From positions 1 through 64,000 of the forward strand of contig JBDHAC010000024.1 in assembly GCA_039588275.1 (NCBI GenBank): a stretch of 64,000 bases of DNA, written 5' to 3'. The DNA is from Gemmatimonadota bacterium (GTDB lineage: Bacteria; Gemmatimonadota; Gemmatimonadetes; Palauibacterales; Palauibacteraceae). Positions 25,709 to 35,465 of the stretch are shown here, piece by piece. Within the stretch, counting starts at the first letter, position 1; every line of letters begins with the position of its first letter. The notes under the pieces were generated by a model. It had not been told where the DNA came from, ran no database searches, and saw nothing but the letters and a program-made list of their open reading frames with translations. The position numbers were made by a program, and so were the translations under genes.

Positions 25709-28425
25709 TGCCAGGACGAGACGCCATGCACCGCCGGATCTATCGCGCCCTCCTGATCGCGTATCCACCCGAGGTCCGGAGCGAATTCGCGCGGGACATG
25801 GAGGAGACGTTCCACGATCGATACCGCGCCACGCGCGGCACGGCTGAACGATTTCGCTTCTGGCTGCGCGCTGTATCGGATCTGGTCGCGACTGCGACTC
25901 TCGATCGATTAGGCGTTGGACGAGCGCGGGGGCTCGGGTCGGGAGCCGGAGGAGGCGTGCGTCGAGCGCGGGGAGCATCGATGATAGCCCGTATCCTGCA
26001 GGACCTGCGAATCACGACACGTTCACTTGCCAAGCGGCCGGGATACACGACGGTCGTTCTCTTGACGCTGGCACTGAGCATCGGTGCTCCCGCGGCGATC
26101 TTCACCGTGGTCGACGGCGTGCTGTTGAGCGCTATGCAGTACCGGGATCCGGACCGCCTGACTCGGGTGCTGGTGAATACCGGCGGTCCGGGTTGGCATG
26201 GCGCCTCCGGCCCCGAGTTCGCGGACTACGAAGCACGACTCGAGTCGTTCGAAAACGTCGCCGCGTACCGGGGGAGATACACGACGCTGGGTGGCTCGAC
26301 CGCCCCACTTCTCACCATGGCCGTATTCGCCACAGCGGATCTCCTGCCGATGCTGGGCGTGACCCCGGCTCTCGGACGAACGTTCAGCGCCGAAGAAGAT
26401 CGACCTGGGGGAGACCCGGTGATTGTCCTGAGTTACGGGCTCTGGGTGCAGCTGTTTGGCGGCGATCCCGAGGTGCTTGGCCGGACCGTGAAGGTGAACG
26501 GGAGTCTTCACACCGTGATCGGAGTGATGCCTCGCGGGTTCAACTTCCCGAGTCCCGACTACCAGGCATGGCTGCCCCTTCAGCTGAGCCTCGACAATCC
26601 ACTGGCGCGAACCAATCACGATCTCGACATCCTGGCGAGGCTGGGATCGGGTGTCCCCATGAGCCGGGCCCGGGCCGAGGTCGGATTGCTCGCCCAGAGG
26701 TCGTTCGACGCTTATCCGGAGTTCTACGCCGAGCACGGGTATCGAATCCGGCTCCAGACGTTGCGCGACCAGACGGTGGGCGAGAGCGGGACACCCCTGT
26801 TGATCATCCTCGGCGCCGCGCTCTTCCTTCTCCTCGCCGCCTGCGTGACGGTGGCCAACCTCGTGCTGGCGCGAGGCGAGACGAGGAAGCGAGAGGTGGC
26901 GGTTCGAACCGCCCTCGGCGCTCCGCGTATGAGGCTCACCGGCCAGCTCCTGACCGAGCACATGCTGCTGGCGGTCGTCGGCGGGTTGGGGGGCGTCGCC
27001 CTCGCCTTCTTCGGGGTGCGCGCGCTGATCGCGGCCGATCCGGGCTGGATCCCGCGTTTGTGGGAGGTCGGCCTCGACGCCCGGACATTGGGCTTCTCGT
27101 TCCTCCTCGTGCTGACGACCGGGTTGGCCTTTGGCCTGGCTCCCGCGCTCAAGATGGCGAGGGCGGATATCTCCGAGTGCCTGAAAGAGGGTGTTCGATC
27201 GGGCGCGGGCAGCGGGTCGTCCCACAGGTTGCGGCGAACCCTCGTCGTGACGCAGGTGGCCTTCGCGGTTGTGCTCGCGACCGGGGTCGCGATCATGGTG
27301 CAGACAGTGAGGAACCTGTACCGGGTCGACCTGGGTTTTCGTCCCGACCACGTGCTCACGATGCGTCTCGTTCCCTCGTTCGAGACCTACGGGACGGCAC
27401 CCGCGCGGGTACGCTTCTACGAGGACGCGCTCCGTCGGGTCCGGATACTCCCGGGTGTGACCGAAGCGGCAGCCGTGAGCGCCCTCCCGCTCGCCGGTGA
27501 GGGAGCGTCCAATTGGTCGTACCTGATCGCCGAGCAGCCGGATCTGAGCATCGGCGACGCACCATTCGCTCCGATCGAGCAGGTCACACCGGGTTATCTG
27601 GACGCGCTGGGACTCACGCTGGTGCGGGGCCGGTTCTTCAACGAGCGAGATGGCCCCGCTAGCCCCGCCGTCGCGGTCATCAACGAAGCCATGGCGCGCA
27701 CCCACTGGTCTGAGGAGGACCCGCTCGGCAAACGAATAAAAGTCTTCGATCCGGGCTGGCCGTGGATGGAGGTGGTGGGCGTCGTGAAGGACGTGAGAGG
27801 CGCGGGCTTGGATCGCGAAGCTCGCCCGCTGGTTTACGTACCGCATGCGCAGGGACACGCGACGGCGTATCTGTCGCACCTCTCCCTCGCGCTGGCGGTG
27901 AAGACTGAGGGAGATCCCACCGCGCTCGCCGGCCCCATTCGAGACGCCGTATGGGGCCTCGACGCCGACGTTCCGATACCCGATGTGGCGACCATGGGCG
28001 AGCTGATCGCGGCATCAGTGGCCGATCGGCGCTTCACGATGCTGCTGCTGTCCGGCTTCGGACTCGTAGCCCTGTTCCTGGCATCGGTGGGCGTGTACGG
28101 GGTGATCTCGTTCGTGGTATCCCAGCGCACACACGAGATCGGCATTCGGATGGCGCTGGGGGCCCGAGGGGCGCGCATCCTCCGTCAGGTCGTGGGAGAG
28201 GGATTGCTCCTCGCGCTGCTGGGCGTCACGCTCGGTCTGGTCGGCGCACTGTTCGTCTCCCGCGTCTTCCAGCCGCTCGTGTTCGGCGTCGCGGTCGACG
28301 ACCCCATCACCTACCTCGGAGTCGCGGTGATGCTGATCCTGACGGCGGTGTGCGCGTCGTTCGCCCCGGCACTCCGGGCCGCCCGGCTCGATCCGCTCAG
28401 GGCGCTACGCGCCAACGCGGAATAG
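25708..28425 (+). CDS. Duplicated MacB/FtsX-type ABC permease (ADOP-like) with N-terminal prefix domain
   Basis: Prefix RIYRALLIAYP..R.EF..DM, then QDLR, EVAVRTALGA, THEIGIRMALGA and PALRAARLDP. Confidence 0.92.
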   Translation: MPGRDAMHRRIYRALLIAYPPEVRSEFARDMEETFHDRYRATRGTAERFRFWLRAVSDLVATATLDRLGVGRARGLGSGAGGGVRRARGASMIARILQDLRITTRSLAKRPGYTTVVLLTLALSIGAPAAIFTVVDGVLLSAMQYRDPDRLTRVLVNTGGPGWHGASGPEFADYEARLESFENVAAYRGRYTTLGGSTAPLLTMAVFATADLLPMLGVTPALGRTFSAEEDRPGGDPVIVLSYGLWVQLFGGDPEVLGRTVKVNGSLHTVIGVMPRGFNFPSPDYQAWLPLQLSLDNPLARTNHDLDILARLGSGVPMSRARAEVGLLAQRSFDAYPEFYAEHGYRIRLQTLRDQTVGESGTPLLIILGAALFLLLAACVTVANLVLARGETRKREVAVRTALGAPRMRLTGQLLTEHMLLAVVGGLGGVALAFFGVRALIAADPGWIPRLWEVGLDARTLGFSFLLVLTTGLAFGLAPALKMARADISECLKEGVRSGAGSGSSHRLRRTLVVTQVAFAVVLATGVAIMVQTVRNLYRVDLGFRPDHVLTMRLVPSFETYGTAPARVRFYEDALRRVRILPGVTEAAAVSALPLAGEGASNWSYLIAEQPDLSIGDAPFAPIEQVTPGYLDALGLTLVRGRFFNERDGPASPAVAVINEAMARTHWSEEDPLGKRIKVFDPGWPWMEVVGVVKDVRGAGLDREARPLVYVPHAQGHATAYLSHLSLALAVKTEGDPTALAGPIRDAVWGLDADVPIPDVATMGELIAASVADRRFTMLLLSGFGLVALFLASVGVYGVISFVVSQRTHEIGIRMALGARGARILRQVVGEGLLLALLGVTLGLVGALFVSRVFQPLVFGVAVDDPITYLGVAVMLILTAVCASFAPALRAARLDPLRALRANAE

Positions 28426-28492
28426 GACGGTCTCCAGGCGGTGTACGAGGCGGCCGGAGCCGCCCCCAAACGCGAACGGCTCAACCGCTCGG

Positions 28493-28693
28493 CTATCCCC
28501 CGCGTACGCGGAGCTGCACGTAGTCGTCGTCCACGCTCGAGCAGGGACACATTTCGACGCGATAGCGGATCTCCGCTCGGAGCAGCTCCAACGCGCTCCC
28601 GGCGCTCGCCCCCCGCATGCTGACCATGGGGTCCGAACAGCTCGCCTCGTACTGGCCATCCTCGGTCGCCTCGACCTGCACGTCGTAGATCAT
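28493..28693 (-). CDS. Small hypothetical protein (66 aa), HicB-like N-terminal fold, CPC motif
   Basis: GGAGGT RBS. Y.V.VE..EDG.Y.ASC.D....RG.S...AL..L..EI resembles the HicB partial RNase H fold. Confidence 0.65.
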   Translation of the reverse strand: MIYDVQVEATEDGQYEASCSDPMVSMRGASAGSALELLRAEIRYRVEMCPCSSVDDDYVQLRVRGG

Positions 28694-28800
28694 GGGCCAC
28701 CTCCCGGGGGCTCGATGCCCGGTCTCTCCTGAAGTTGTCGCTCGCTCGACTGGCGGGGCGACCCCGTTACTGGCTCAAGAGTTGGTCCAGATCGACGGGC

Positions 28801-30024
28801 TCAGCGAGCGATCTGAGCCCAGGGTCGAACCAGCAGTCTGCGGGATTGCCAGGCCAGACCGTTGCCGAGCGCCTCGTCGTAGTGGACCGAGACGGGTCCC
28901 GCGCCACCCTTCCAGATCGTCACGTTCCGCCCGATAACGGCGCCGAACACGTCGCTGTCGTTCTGGATCACGATGTCGTCGTCCGGCGCGTAGATGGCGG
29001 CCCAGGCGAGGGAGTTCTGGTCGAGGCTCCACAGGTTGAGGCTCGTACCGCACCCGTAGACCATCAGTTCGAGCGGAGACCCGTTGTCGTTGAGCGTACC
29101 CTGGTTCACCAGGGTGAGGCTCCCCTCGATGTGCATCGCGACCTCGGACCCGGGAATCGGGCCCAGATTCCCGTTGGTTTTCTTCACCACCACGTTGTTG
29201 AAGTAGTAGGTGCCGGTGGGAAGATCGAGGTTCTTGTTGTCGACCGTCAGGTCGCCCGTAGTCTCGTTATAGCTGTACGGCCCCGGTGGCAGGTCGGCCG
29301 CCTTCGTGTAGCCCCCGGTCGGGCAATGCACGGGCGGATAGGGGTGCGGTGGGGCCCCGCTGGACGTCCCCAGCGTGGCCGTGCCGCCCGTGGCGGTGGT
29401 CACCACGCCCGTCGCGGTCGCCCCCCCGTGCACCGTCGAGTTGTTCGTGATGTCGGCGTTTCCGTTGGCGTGGACGTGTCCCTCGTCATCGATGTTGGCG
29501 CCCCCGTACGGACCCAGCTTGGAGTCGTAGCTGTCGACGAGCGCGTCGTTGTCGATCTTCAGGTTACCTCGCGCTCCGACGGCCCTCCGGAACAGGTTGG
29601 CCCCCCGCGTGCTCCACAGCTCCACAACCCGCTGTCCGCCCTTCACGCCCGGCCCACGCCCCTCGACCCGCAGTACTCGGAGTTGCTGCACGGAGCCGCT
29701 GTCGACCCGCGTGATAACGGCCCGGTATTGAAGACCATCAGGGAGCGATCTCCACCCCAGGTCCACGCTGTCGCCCGGCACTAGCGCGGCGGCGGCCGCG
29801 GGCCAGTTGGCCCACGTTTCGTTCGCGCCCGCCTGGGCGGCGAAATGGGCTCGTTCGCCTCCGGCTACGGCCCACGACGCCTCCCGATCCGAGAGCGACA
29901 CCTGCACCGCGACGACGGCGATGACGCTCATCACGACCAGCCCGAAAAGGACCGTGGCGAGGGCGAATCCCGCTTGAGGGTCTCTAGGGGGGGTGTGCCC
30001 TTTTCGTTCCCGGATACCCATCAC
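28801..30024 (-). CDS. PilX-like minor pilin with large C-terminal beta-rich domain
   Basis: Prepilin site QAG|FALATVL lacks Glu5, as in PilX/GspK. Also A.FAAQAG and C-terminal DSYDS..GPY, AIYAP, FGAVIG, VHYDEAL. Confidence 0.8.
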   Translation of the reverse strand: MMGIRERKGHTPPRDPQAGFALATVLFGLVVMSVIAVVAVQVSLSDREASWAVAGGERAHFAAQAGANETWANWPAAAAALVPGDSVDLGWRSLPDGLQYRAVITRVDSGSVQQLRVLRVEGRGPGVKGGQRVVELWSTRGANLFRRAVGARGNLKIDNDALVDSYDSKLGPYGGANIDDEGHVHANGNADITNNSTVHGGATATGVVTTATGGTATLGTSSGAPPHPYPPVHCPTGGYTKAADLPPGPYSYNETTGDLTVDNKNLDLPTGTYYFNNVVVKKTNGNLGPIPGSEVAMHIEGSLTLVNQGTLNDNGSPLELMVYGCGTSLNLWSLDQNSLAWAAIYAPDDDIVIQNDSDVFGAVIGRNVTIWKGGAGPVSVHYDEALGNGLAWQSRRLLVRPWAQIAR

Positions 30025-30072
30025 AACACCCTTTGGCTGTCTCTCTGATCGCCGGCGATCAGGTACGTACGA

Positions 30073-30927
30073 TCAGCCACGTACGTGAACTTTCATGCGG
30101 ACGCTGTCCACCGGAGCGCCGTGGACGGCGTCCACGCGTTTGGTGCTCTCGGCACGGAGGCGGAATTCTACCGACGACACCTGGCTGGGCACCGCCGTCG
30201 GTAAACCCGCCGCGTCGAAGTACCTGAGCTGGAGTCCCGTCGAATCGGGCATCGGACCCGCGAGGGGCTCCCACCCGAGGCCGCCTACGTTCCGCCCCAG
30301 CCACCAGCGCCCGTTCCAACGGAAGGGACCGTACTGCACGCCTCGGAACAGGCGAACCGCGGCTCCGACTCGAATGCCCACCGTGTCGGCTGGCGACGCG
30401 ACGTCTACGTGGAGCCTGCGGGCGATCACCGGTGGCGATGGCCAGTCGCAGATGGCACCGCCCGGGGGCGCAAGCGTCTTCAGCGCGACCGTCGTCCACC
30501 GGTCATCCAGTTGACCTACCGTACCGGCCGCGAAGATGAGCACGCTGTCAGCACCCAAGGAGACGCCGCCTTCCGTGCGGACCAGCCCGTACCAGCCACC
30601 GGGGTCCTTCGTACAGATGAGAGCGGTTCCCTGATAGGATCGGAGCGTGATCGAGTTCGGCCCGATCGCGTACAGATCGCCGCCCGCCGGGGACGTGTAC
30701 CGCAGGTTCCAACCGAGCAGCGCCGCGCTGGAGCGCAGCGTTCCGTGCACATCACCCAACTCCCGTACCCTGCTATAGCCTTGGTTCTGAACCACCATGA
30801 CCGTATACAGGCCGGCGGTGAGGATTCCCGTGACGACAAGGGCGATCAGCAGCTCGACGAGCGTGAAGCCCCTCGAGGGCTCGGGTGCGGAGCGCGAGCG
30901 CCGGGCGGTAGTTCGAGGGCGGATCAT
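30073..30927 (-). CDS. PilW-like prepilin
   Basis: RG|FTLVELLIAL class III signal and GLQLRYFD..G.PT near the C-terminus. Confidence 0.85.
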   Translation of the reverse strand: MIRPRTTARRSRSAPEPSRGFTLVELLIALVVTGILTAGLYTVMVVQNQGYSRVRELGDVHGTLRSSAALLGWNLRYTSPAGGDLYAIGPNSITLRSYQGTALICTKDPGGWYGLVRTEGGVSLGADSVLIFAAGTVGQLDDRWTTVALKTLAPPGGAICDWPSPPVIARRLHVDVASPADTVGIRVGAAVRLFRGVQYGPFRWNGRWWLGRNVGGLGWEPLAGPMPDSTGLQLRYFDAAGLPTAVPSQVSSVEFRLRAESTKRVDAVHGAPVDSVRMKVHVRG

Positions 30928-31340
30928 GGTGTCGGATTCGACAGGTAGAGGGTCAGCGTGTCCTCGACCGTGCTCGTGGCCAGGGCCCCCAGACGTTGGA
31001 CCACGAGGTCGACCCTGTCGAGGTTGGCCGAAACGGTCGTCACGTTCCAGGCGATCTTGTGATGTGTGTGCGATTCCGCCCCGTTCGTCACGGCTCCCCA
31101 GCCGGTCACCTGAAGGCTGTCGGATATACGAGTGACATCCGACAGGACCTGAAGATCGCGCGCGCTCAGTGCGGCGCGCTTGAGCGACTGTCCGGCCGCC
31201 GCACCCAGTGCCAGCAAGGCGACGGTGAGCAAGACAACCGCGGCTAGCACCTCGAGCAGCGTGAAGCCAGCCTGCCGTCGAACCGGGTTCCCTCGATGGG
31301 GACCCGGACGCCTCCCGTGAGCACGTCGCATCTTGCTCAT
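30924..31340 (-). CDS. PilV-like prepilin
   Basis: QAG|FTLLEVLAAVVLL. ATGA overlaps on both sides. Confidence 0.85.
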   Translation of the reverse strand: MSKMRRAHGRRPGPHRGNPVRRQAGFTLLEVLAAVVLLTVALLALGAAAGQSLKRAALSARDLQVLSDVTRISDSLQVTGWGAVTNGAESHTHHKIAWNVTTVSANLDRVDLVVQRLGALATSTVEDTLTLYLSNPTP

Positions 31341-31828
31341 CGCAAGACGTTCCCCGCGGCGGTGATCCTGATCGTGTCGGCGTGATGACCGGATGTGAAG
31401 ACGATGACCGCCAGTCCGGAGCCGCATGCCCCTCGGCTCGAGGCGGCGCCGCTGGCGTCGAAACAGATCATCGGTCGGCTGCTGGTCACGCGCACGCGCT
31501 TCTTTGCTGGGTATCGCGGGGACCCGATCGTGTCGGCCACACCTGTGCCCGCCGTGTCCACTTGGACCCAAAACCGGCCGGTCGAGGGGTCGATGTGAAG
31601 CTCGCTCAGCCGCCCGTACTTCGTGGCCATCGAGCGGGCGAAGCCGTGCGTGCTCACGAAATCATCAGCGGTAGTCCGCGTGGTGTACCGCCGATAGGCG
31701 TCCGAGACCCTGGGGGTCACGACGGCGATCGCGATCGCACCCACGACGAGCGCGATGACGATTTCGATGATGCTGAAGCCGCCGGCCGTCGCCGACGCCG
31801 CTCGCTGTTTGCTCACGCCCCGACTCAT
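31337..31828 (-). CDS. FimT/FimU (GspH-like) prepilin
   Basis: GG|FSIIEIVIAL, ARS.A, ICFDASG and I.ITAAGNV. Confidence 0.85.
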   Translation of the reverse strand: MSRGVSKQRAASATAGGFSIIEIVIALVVGAIAIAVVTPRVSDAYRRYTTRTTADDFVSTHGFARSMATKYGRLSELHIDPSTGRFWVQVDTAGTGVADTIGSPRYPAKKRVRVTSSRPMICFDASGAASSRGACGSGLAVIVFTSGHHADTIRITAAGNVLR

Positions 31829-32148
31829 TCATCTTCGGTGAAACACCACGGAACGGCCCTCATATCCGGCAATTCCCCATCCTGCGCGGCAGAACGACCT
31901 GCATCCTTGGCACCGAGCCAGGAGGTCCTTGCTAGATCTTGTGACGACAGTGGGTTACAGGCTCGGGGAGGGGGGGCTGAGGCCGGGCTGCCACACCCTG
32001 ATGTGGCATTCTGAGAGACCGTAGCGCACAATCCGGACCCTTGTGCCGCGGTATGGTCCTATCGTGTCGGACGTGGTGATGCGAGGGTGGGGCTAGAATC
32101 CGAGAATCTACCGACGCTCGCGAAACTAGCCCCGGAACGATTCGCTCC

Positions 32149-35100
32149 TCACCGGTCGGGCGGCTCAGGTGCCTCGGGGGCTTGTAGGAGGAGCTCGGCC
32201 TCCCGGCTCAGGGCCTCGTACATCTCTTGGAAGTAGGTCCATTGGCTCGCCTGCTCGCCGGTAAGCGGACCGACTATGTCTTCGGCCTCGCCCTCCAGCC
32301 GGCCAATCCGGCTCGCGAGCTCCCCTGTCTCGCGGCGGAGGACCTCGAGCACTTCGAGCGAGCGGTCGTCCATCTCCTCGTCCGTACCCTCCGTTTCAGC
32401 TTGGGCGTCTCGCAAGGCCCGCTGGACTCGCCGGGATAGCGCGCGGGCATCACGCCTGAGCCCGGCGATCTCAAGGAGCATCGCTGTCCACGCAGCGCGC
32501 GCGTCGGGATCCACCTTGGCCGCGATGCGCGGATCCTCGCGCACCTCGATGCTGCCCTCAGCGGTTTCGTCGAGAACGGTGACGCGGACCGTGTACGTCC
32601 CCGGGGCCACCAGTGGCCCTCGTCGCTCGAAGCCACCGAAGCCGCCGCCCGGTCCGCCGCCCGGCGGACCTCCATCCGAGTCCTGTTCGTCCTCCACTTC
32701 CGGCTCGGAATGACGTAGGTCCCACACGACCCGGTTGATGCCTGCGTGCCCCGTGCCGTCCAGACGAGCGACCTCTACCCCTGAGGCGCGCTGCACGATG
32801 ATCGAGACCTCCTCGTCGTCCGGAAGCTCGGATGCGAGCCAGTAGTCGATGATCCCGCCGGCGGGGGGTTCTCACCGAAGAAGATCGCGTCGCCGCCGTG
32901 CCCTCCCTCACGCTGGTAGCGAATCTGTTCGGCCGGCTCCGTCGAGAAAACGCGCACGGTAGGGGTTTCGTCGCCATCGGCCGCAGGCACCGAGGTCCTC
33001 AGCTCCTGGAGCGCGTTCAGGTTGTCCAGTATCCAGATGCCGCGCCCGTGCGTGCCGAGAACGAGATCGTTGTCACGAGGGTGCACGACGAGGTCGTTGA
33101 TGGCCATGGTGGGCAAGTCACCCGTGAGCTCGGCCCACGACCCCCCGCGGTTCGGAGAGTAGAACAGACCGAACTCCGTCCCCATGTAGAGGACGTCGGG
33201 GGTTCGCGGGTCCTCGCGCGCGGCACGGGTTACGACTCCGGGGGGCAATCCGGCCGCGATCGAGCGCCAGGTCTCGCCGAAGTCTTCCGTGGCCCAGGCG
33301 TAGTTGGCGTAATCGTCGTTGCGGTAGTTGCTGGCCACGACGTACGCACGCCCGGCCTCGGCTCGAGAAACCTCGATCGTGTTCACCCACATCATGTCCG
33401 GGACGTCCGGTAGACGATCAGTCACGTTGCTGAAGCTCGCGCCCGCATCGATCGAGACCAGCACCTGACCGTCGTCGGTGCCGATGTACAGCAAGCCCTC
33501 CTGCAACGGCGACTCCTCGATCGCGGTCAGGGTAGGCCAGTACGGGATGCCATCATCCAACGAGCGGATCGTATCGGTGGGCATCTGGCCCATGATGCTC
33601 AGCGTTCGCCTGTCCGCCCCGGTGGTCCAATCCCCGAGATCCTCCCAGTTCTGCCCCTGGTCGCGCGAGCGCCACAGGCGGCGCGTGCCCGCGTATATGG
33701 TGCGGTTGTCGTGCGGCGAGATGATGAACGGTCCGTCCCAGTTGGCGGGCTCCATCGCGTTACCGAGGCGTTCGAACGGGTCGCTCAGGTCGGGCCACGT
33801 ACGCCAATTGCGGCGCGCGCCGATCGCGCCTTCCGGGTCACCCGGCCGGATGTCGCTTCGCTCCCCCGTGGCCATGTCCACCCGCGACAGCCCCAGGTAC
33901 TGCGTTTCGAGGTACAGGGTGCGGTTGTCGGTCGTGTCCACGACGTTGAGGAACCCGTCGCCCCCACCCCACTTGATCCAATCGTCGTGCCGTATGCCCT
34001 CGGCACGGTAGGTGGCCGATGGCCCCGCCCACGATCCGTTGTCCTGCAGGCCGCCGTATACCCAGAACGGCTTCTTCATGTCGGTGCGAACGCGGTACCA
34101 CTGGCTGACGGGTAGATGCCTCGCGTACCACCACGTCACCCCGCGGTCGTACGAGATGCCGAGCCCCCCGTCGTCGGCCTTCATCACGTGGTCGGAGTCG
34201 TTCGGGTTCACCCACACCAGACGGTCATCGCCGTGCAGCGATTGGCGCGCGCGCTCGAAGGTCCGGCCCCCGTCGTCCGACCACGAGAACGTGTTCACCA
34301 TGTAAATCCGTTGGTCATCGGACGGATCCACGAGGATCTGCGAGGCGTACATCGGTCGGGGATTCCAGTCGCTCATGTACTCCCAGGTCTCCCCGTGGTC
34401 CTCGGAGCGGTAGACCCCTGCCAGTCGCTCCTCGTAGGCGGTGGAGGCGTTGTACCTGAGGCCCTGCTCGACGCTCACATAGACGATCCGAGGATCGGAT
34501 CGGTAAATGGATACGCCTATGCGCCCGATCGTCCCTACAGGCAGGCCGTTTTCCAGTCCTGCGTTGGTGAGCTGATTCCACGTGTCGCCGCCATCGGTGG
34601 ACTTCCACAGCGCGCTTCCGGGGCCTCCGCCGTGGAAACCCCAGGGTTGCCGACGGCGCTGGAACGTGGCCGCGTACATGACATCGTGATCCACGGGATC
34701 CATCGCCACGTCGACGGCGCCCGTGTCCTCGTCCACGAACAGGATCCGCTCCCAGGTCCCGCCGGCATCGACGGTCCGGTACGGCCCGCGCTCCTCGTTT
34801 GGCCCCCACAGGTGACCCATGGCCGCGACATAGGCCACGTTTCGGTCCGCCGGGTGAAGCACGATCCGGCCGATGTGGTGGGTGTCCTCGAGGCCCACGT
34901 GCGTCCACGTCTGTCCCCCGTCGTCGGAGCGCCACACGCCGTCCCCCCACGACGACGACTGGCGACTGGCCCGCTCGCCCATCCCGAGCCACACCCGCGC
35001 CGTGTCGACCTGGTGGACGGCCACGTCCCCGATCGAGTGAGTCGGGAGGTCATCGGTGATCGACTCGAACGTGATTCCGCGGGTAGTGGTCTTCCACAGC

Positions 35101-35297
35101 CCGCCCGTGGAGGACGCCACGTAGAACACGTCGGGATCCACGTCCAGCACCTCGAGGTCCACGATTCGTCCGCTCATCGTCGAAGGCCCGATCGTGCGGA
35201 AGTCCAGGTGGGCGAAGGGATCGAAGTCCTGGCCGGCCAACGGAGCGACGAGTGCTCCCAGAGCGGCGAGCGAGACCAACGGGGTCAGGTGCTTCAT
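32149..35297 (-). CDS. Secreted VPS10/BNR-repeat beta-propeller (glycosyl hydrolase-like), split by a 1-nt frameshift in the G6 run at 32863-32868
   Basis: FRTIGP..MSGRI, BNR repeats (WRSDDGGQTW, WKSTDGGDTW), VYGGLQDNGSW, GGDG and GTHGRGIWILD. Adding one C gives GENPPAGGIIDYWL...GINRVVWDLR, joining ORF 32149-32796. Confidence 0.85.
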
Positions 35298-35465
35298 TTC
35301 GACGTCCAGATCAGGTGGCGTGGCAACGGGCGAACGGACAAATGGAGCGGCGAAGATGGGACCTGGTTTCGCGCCCCTGCAAGCGTCTCGGCGAAAAGGG
35401 CGGATCGGGTATCTGCCCCGATCCGCCCTCGCCAGGCCCAACGGTGTTGGAGGTGTATTGAACGA

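Noticed and set aside
26023..27879. Long antisense ORFs such as 26023-27879, 10892-12415, 34116-35693, 35949-37499, 40540-42117, 51605-53116 and 56645-58237
   Set aside because: These are shadow ORFs opposite well-supported genes, expected in high-GC DNA, with no recognisable motifs.
31890..31935. Sigma54 (-24/-12) promoter for the pilin operon
   Set aside because: TGGCAC occurs on the wrong strand without a correctly spaced TTGC. The best minus-strand GG-N10-GC matches are poor.
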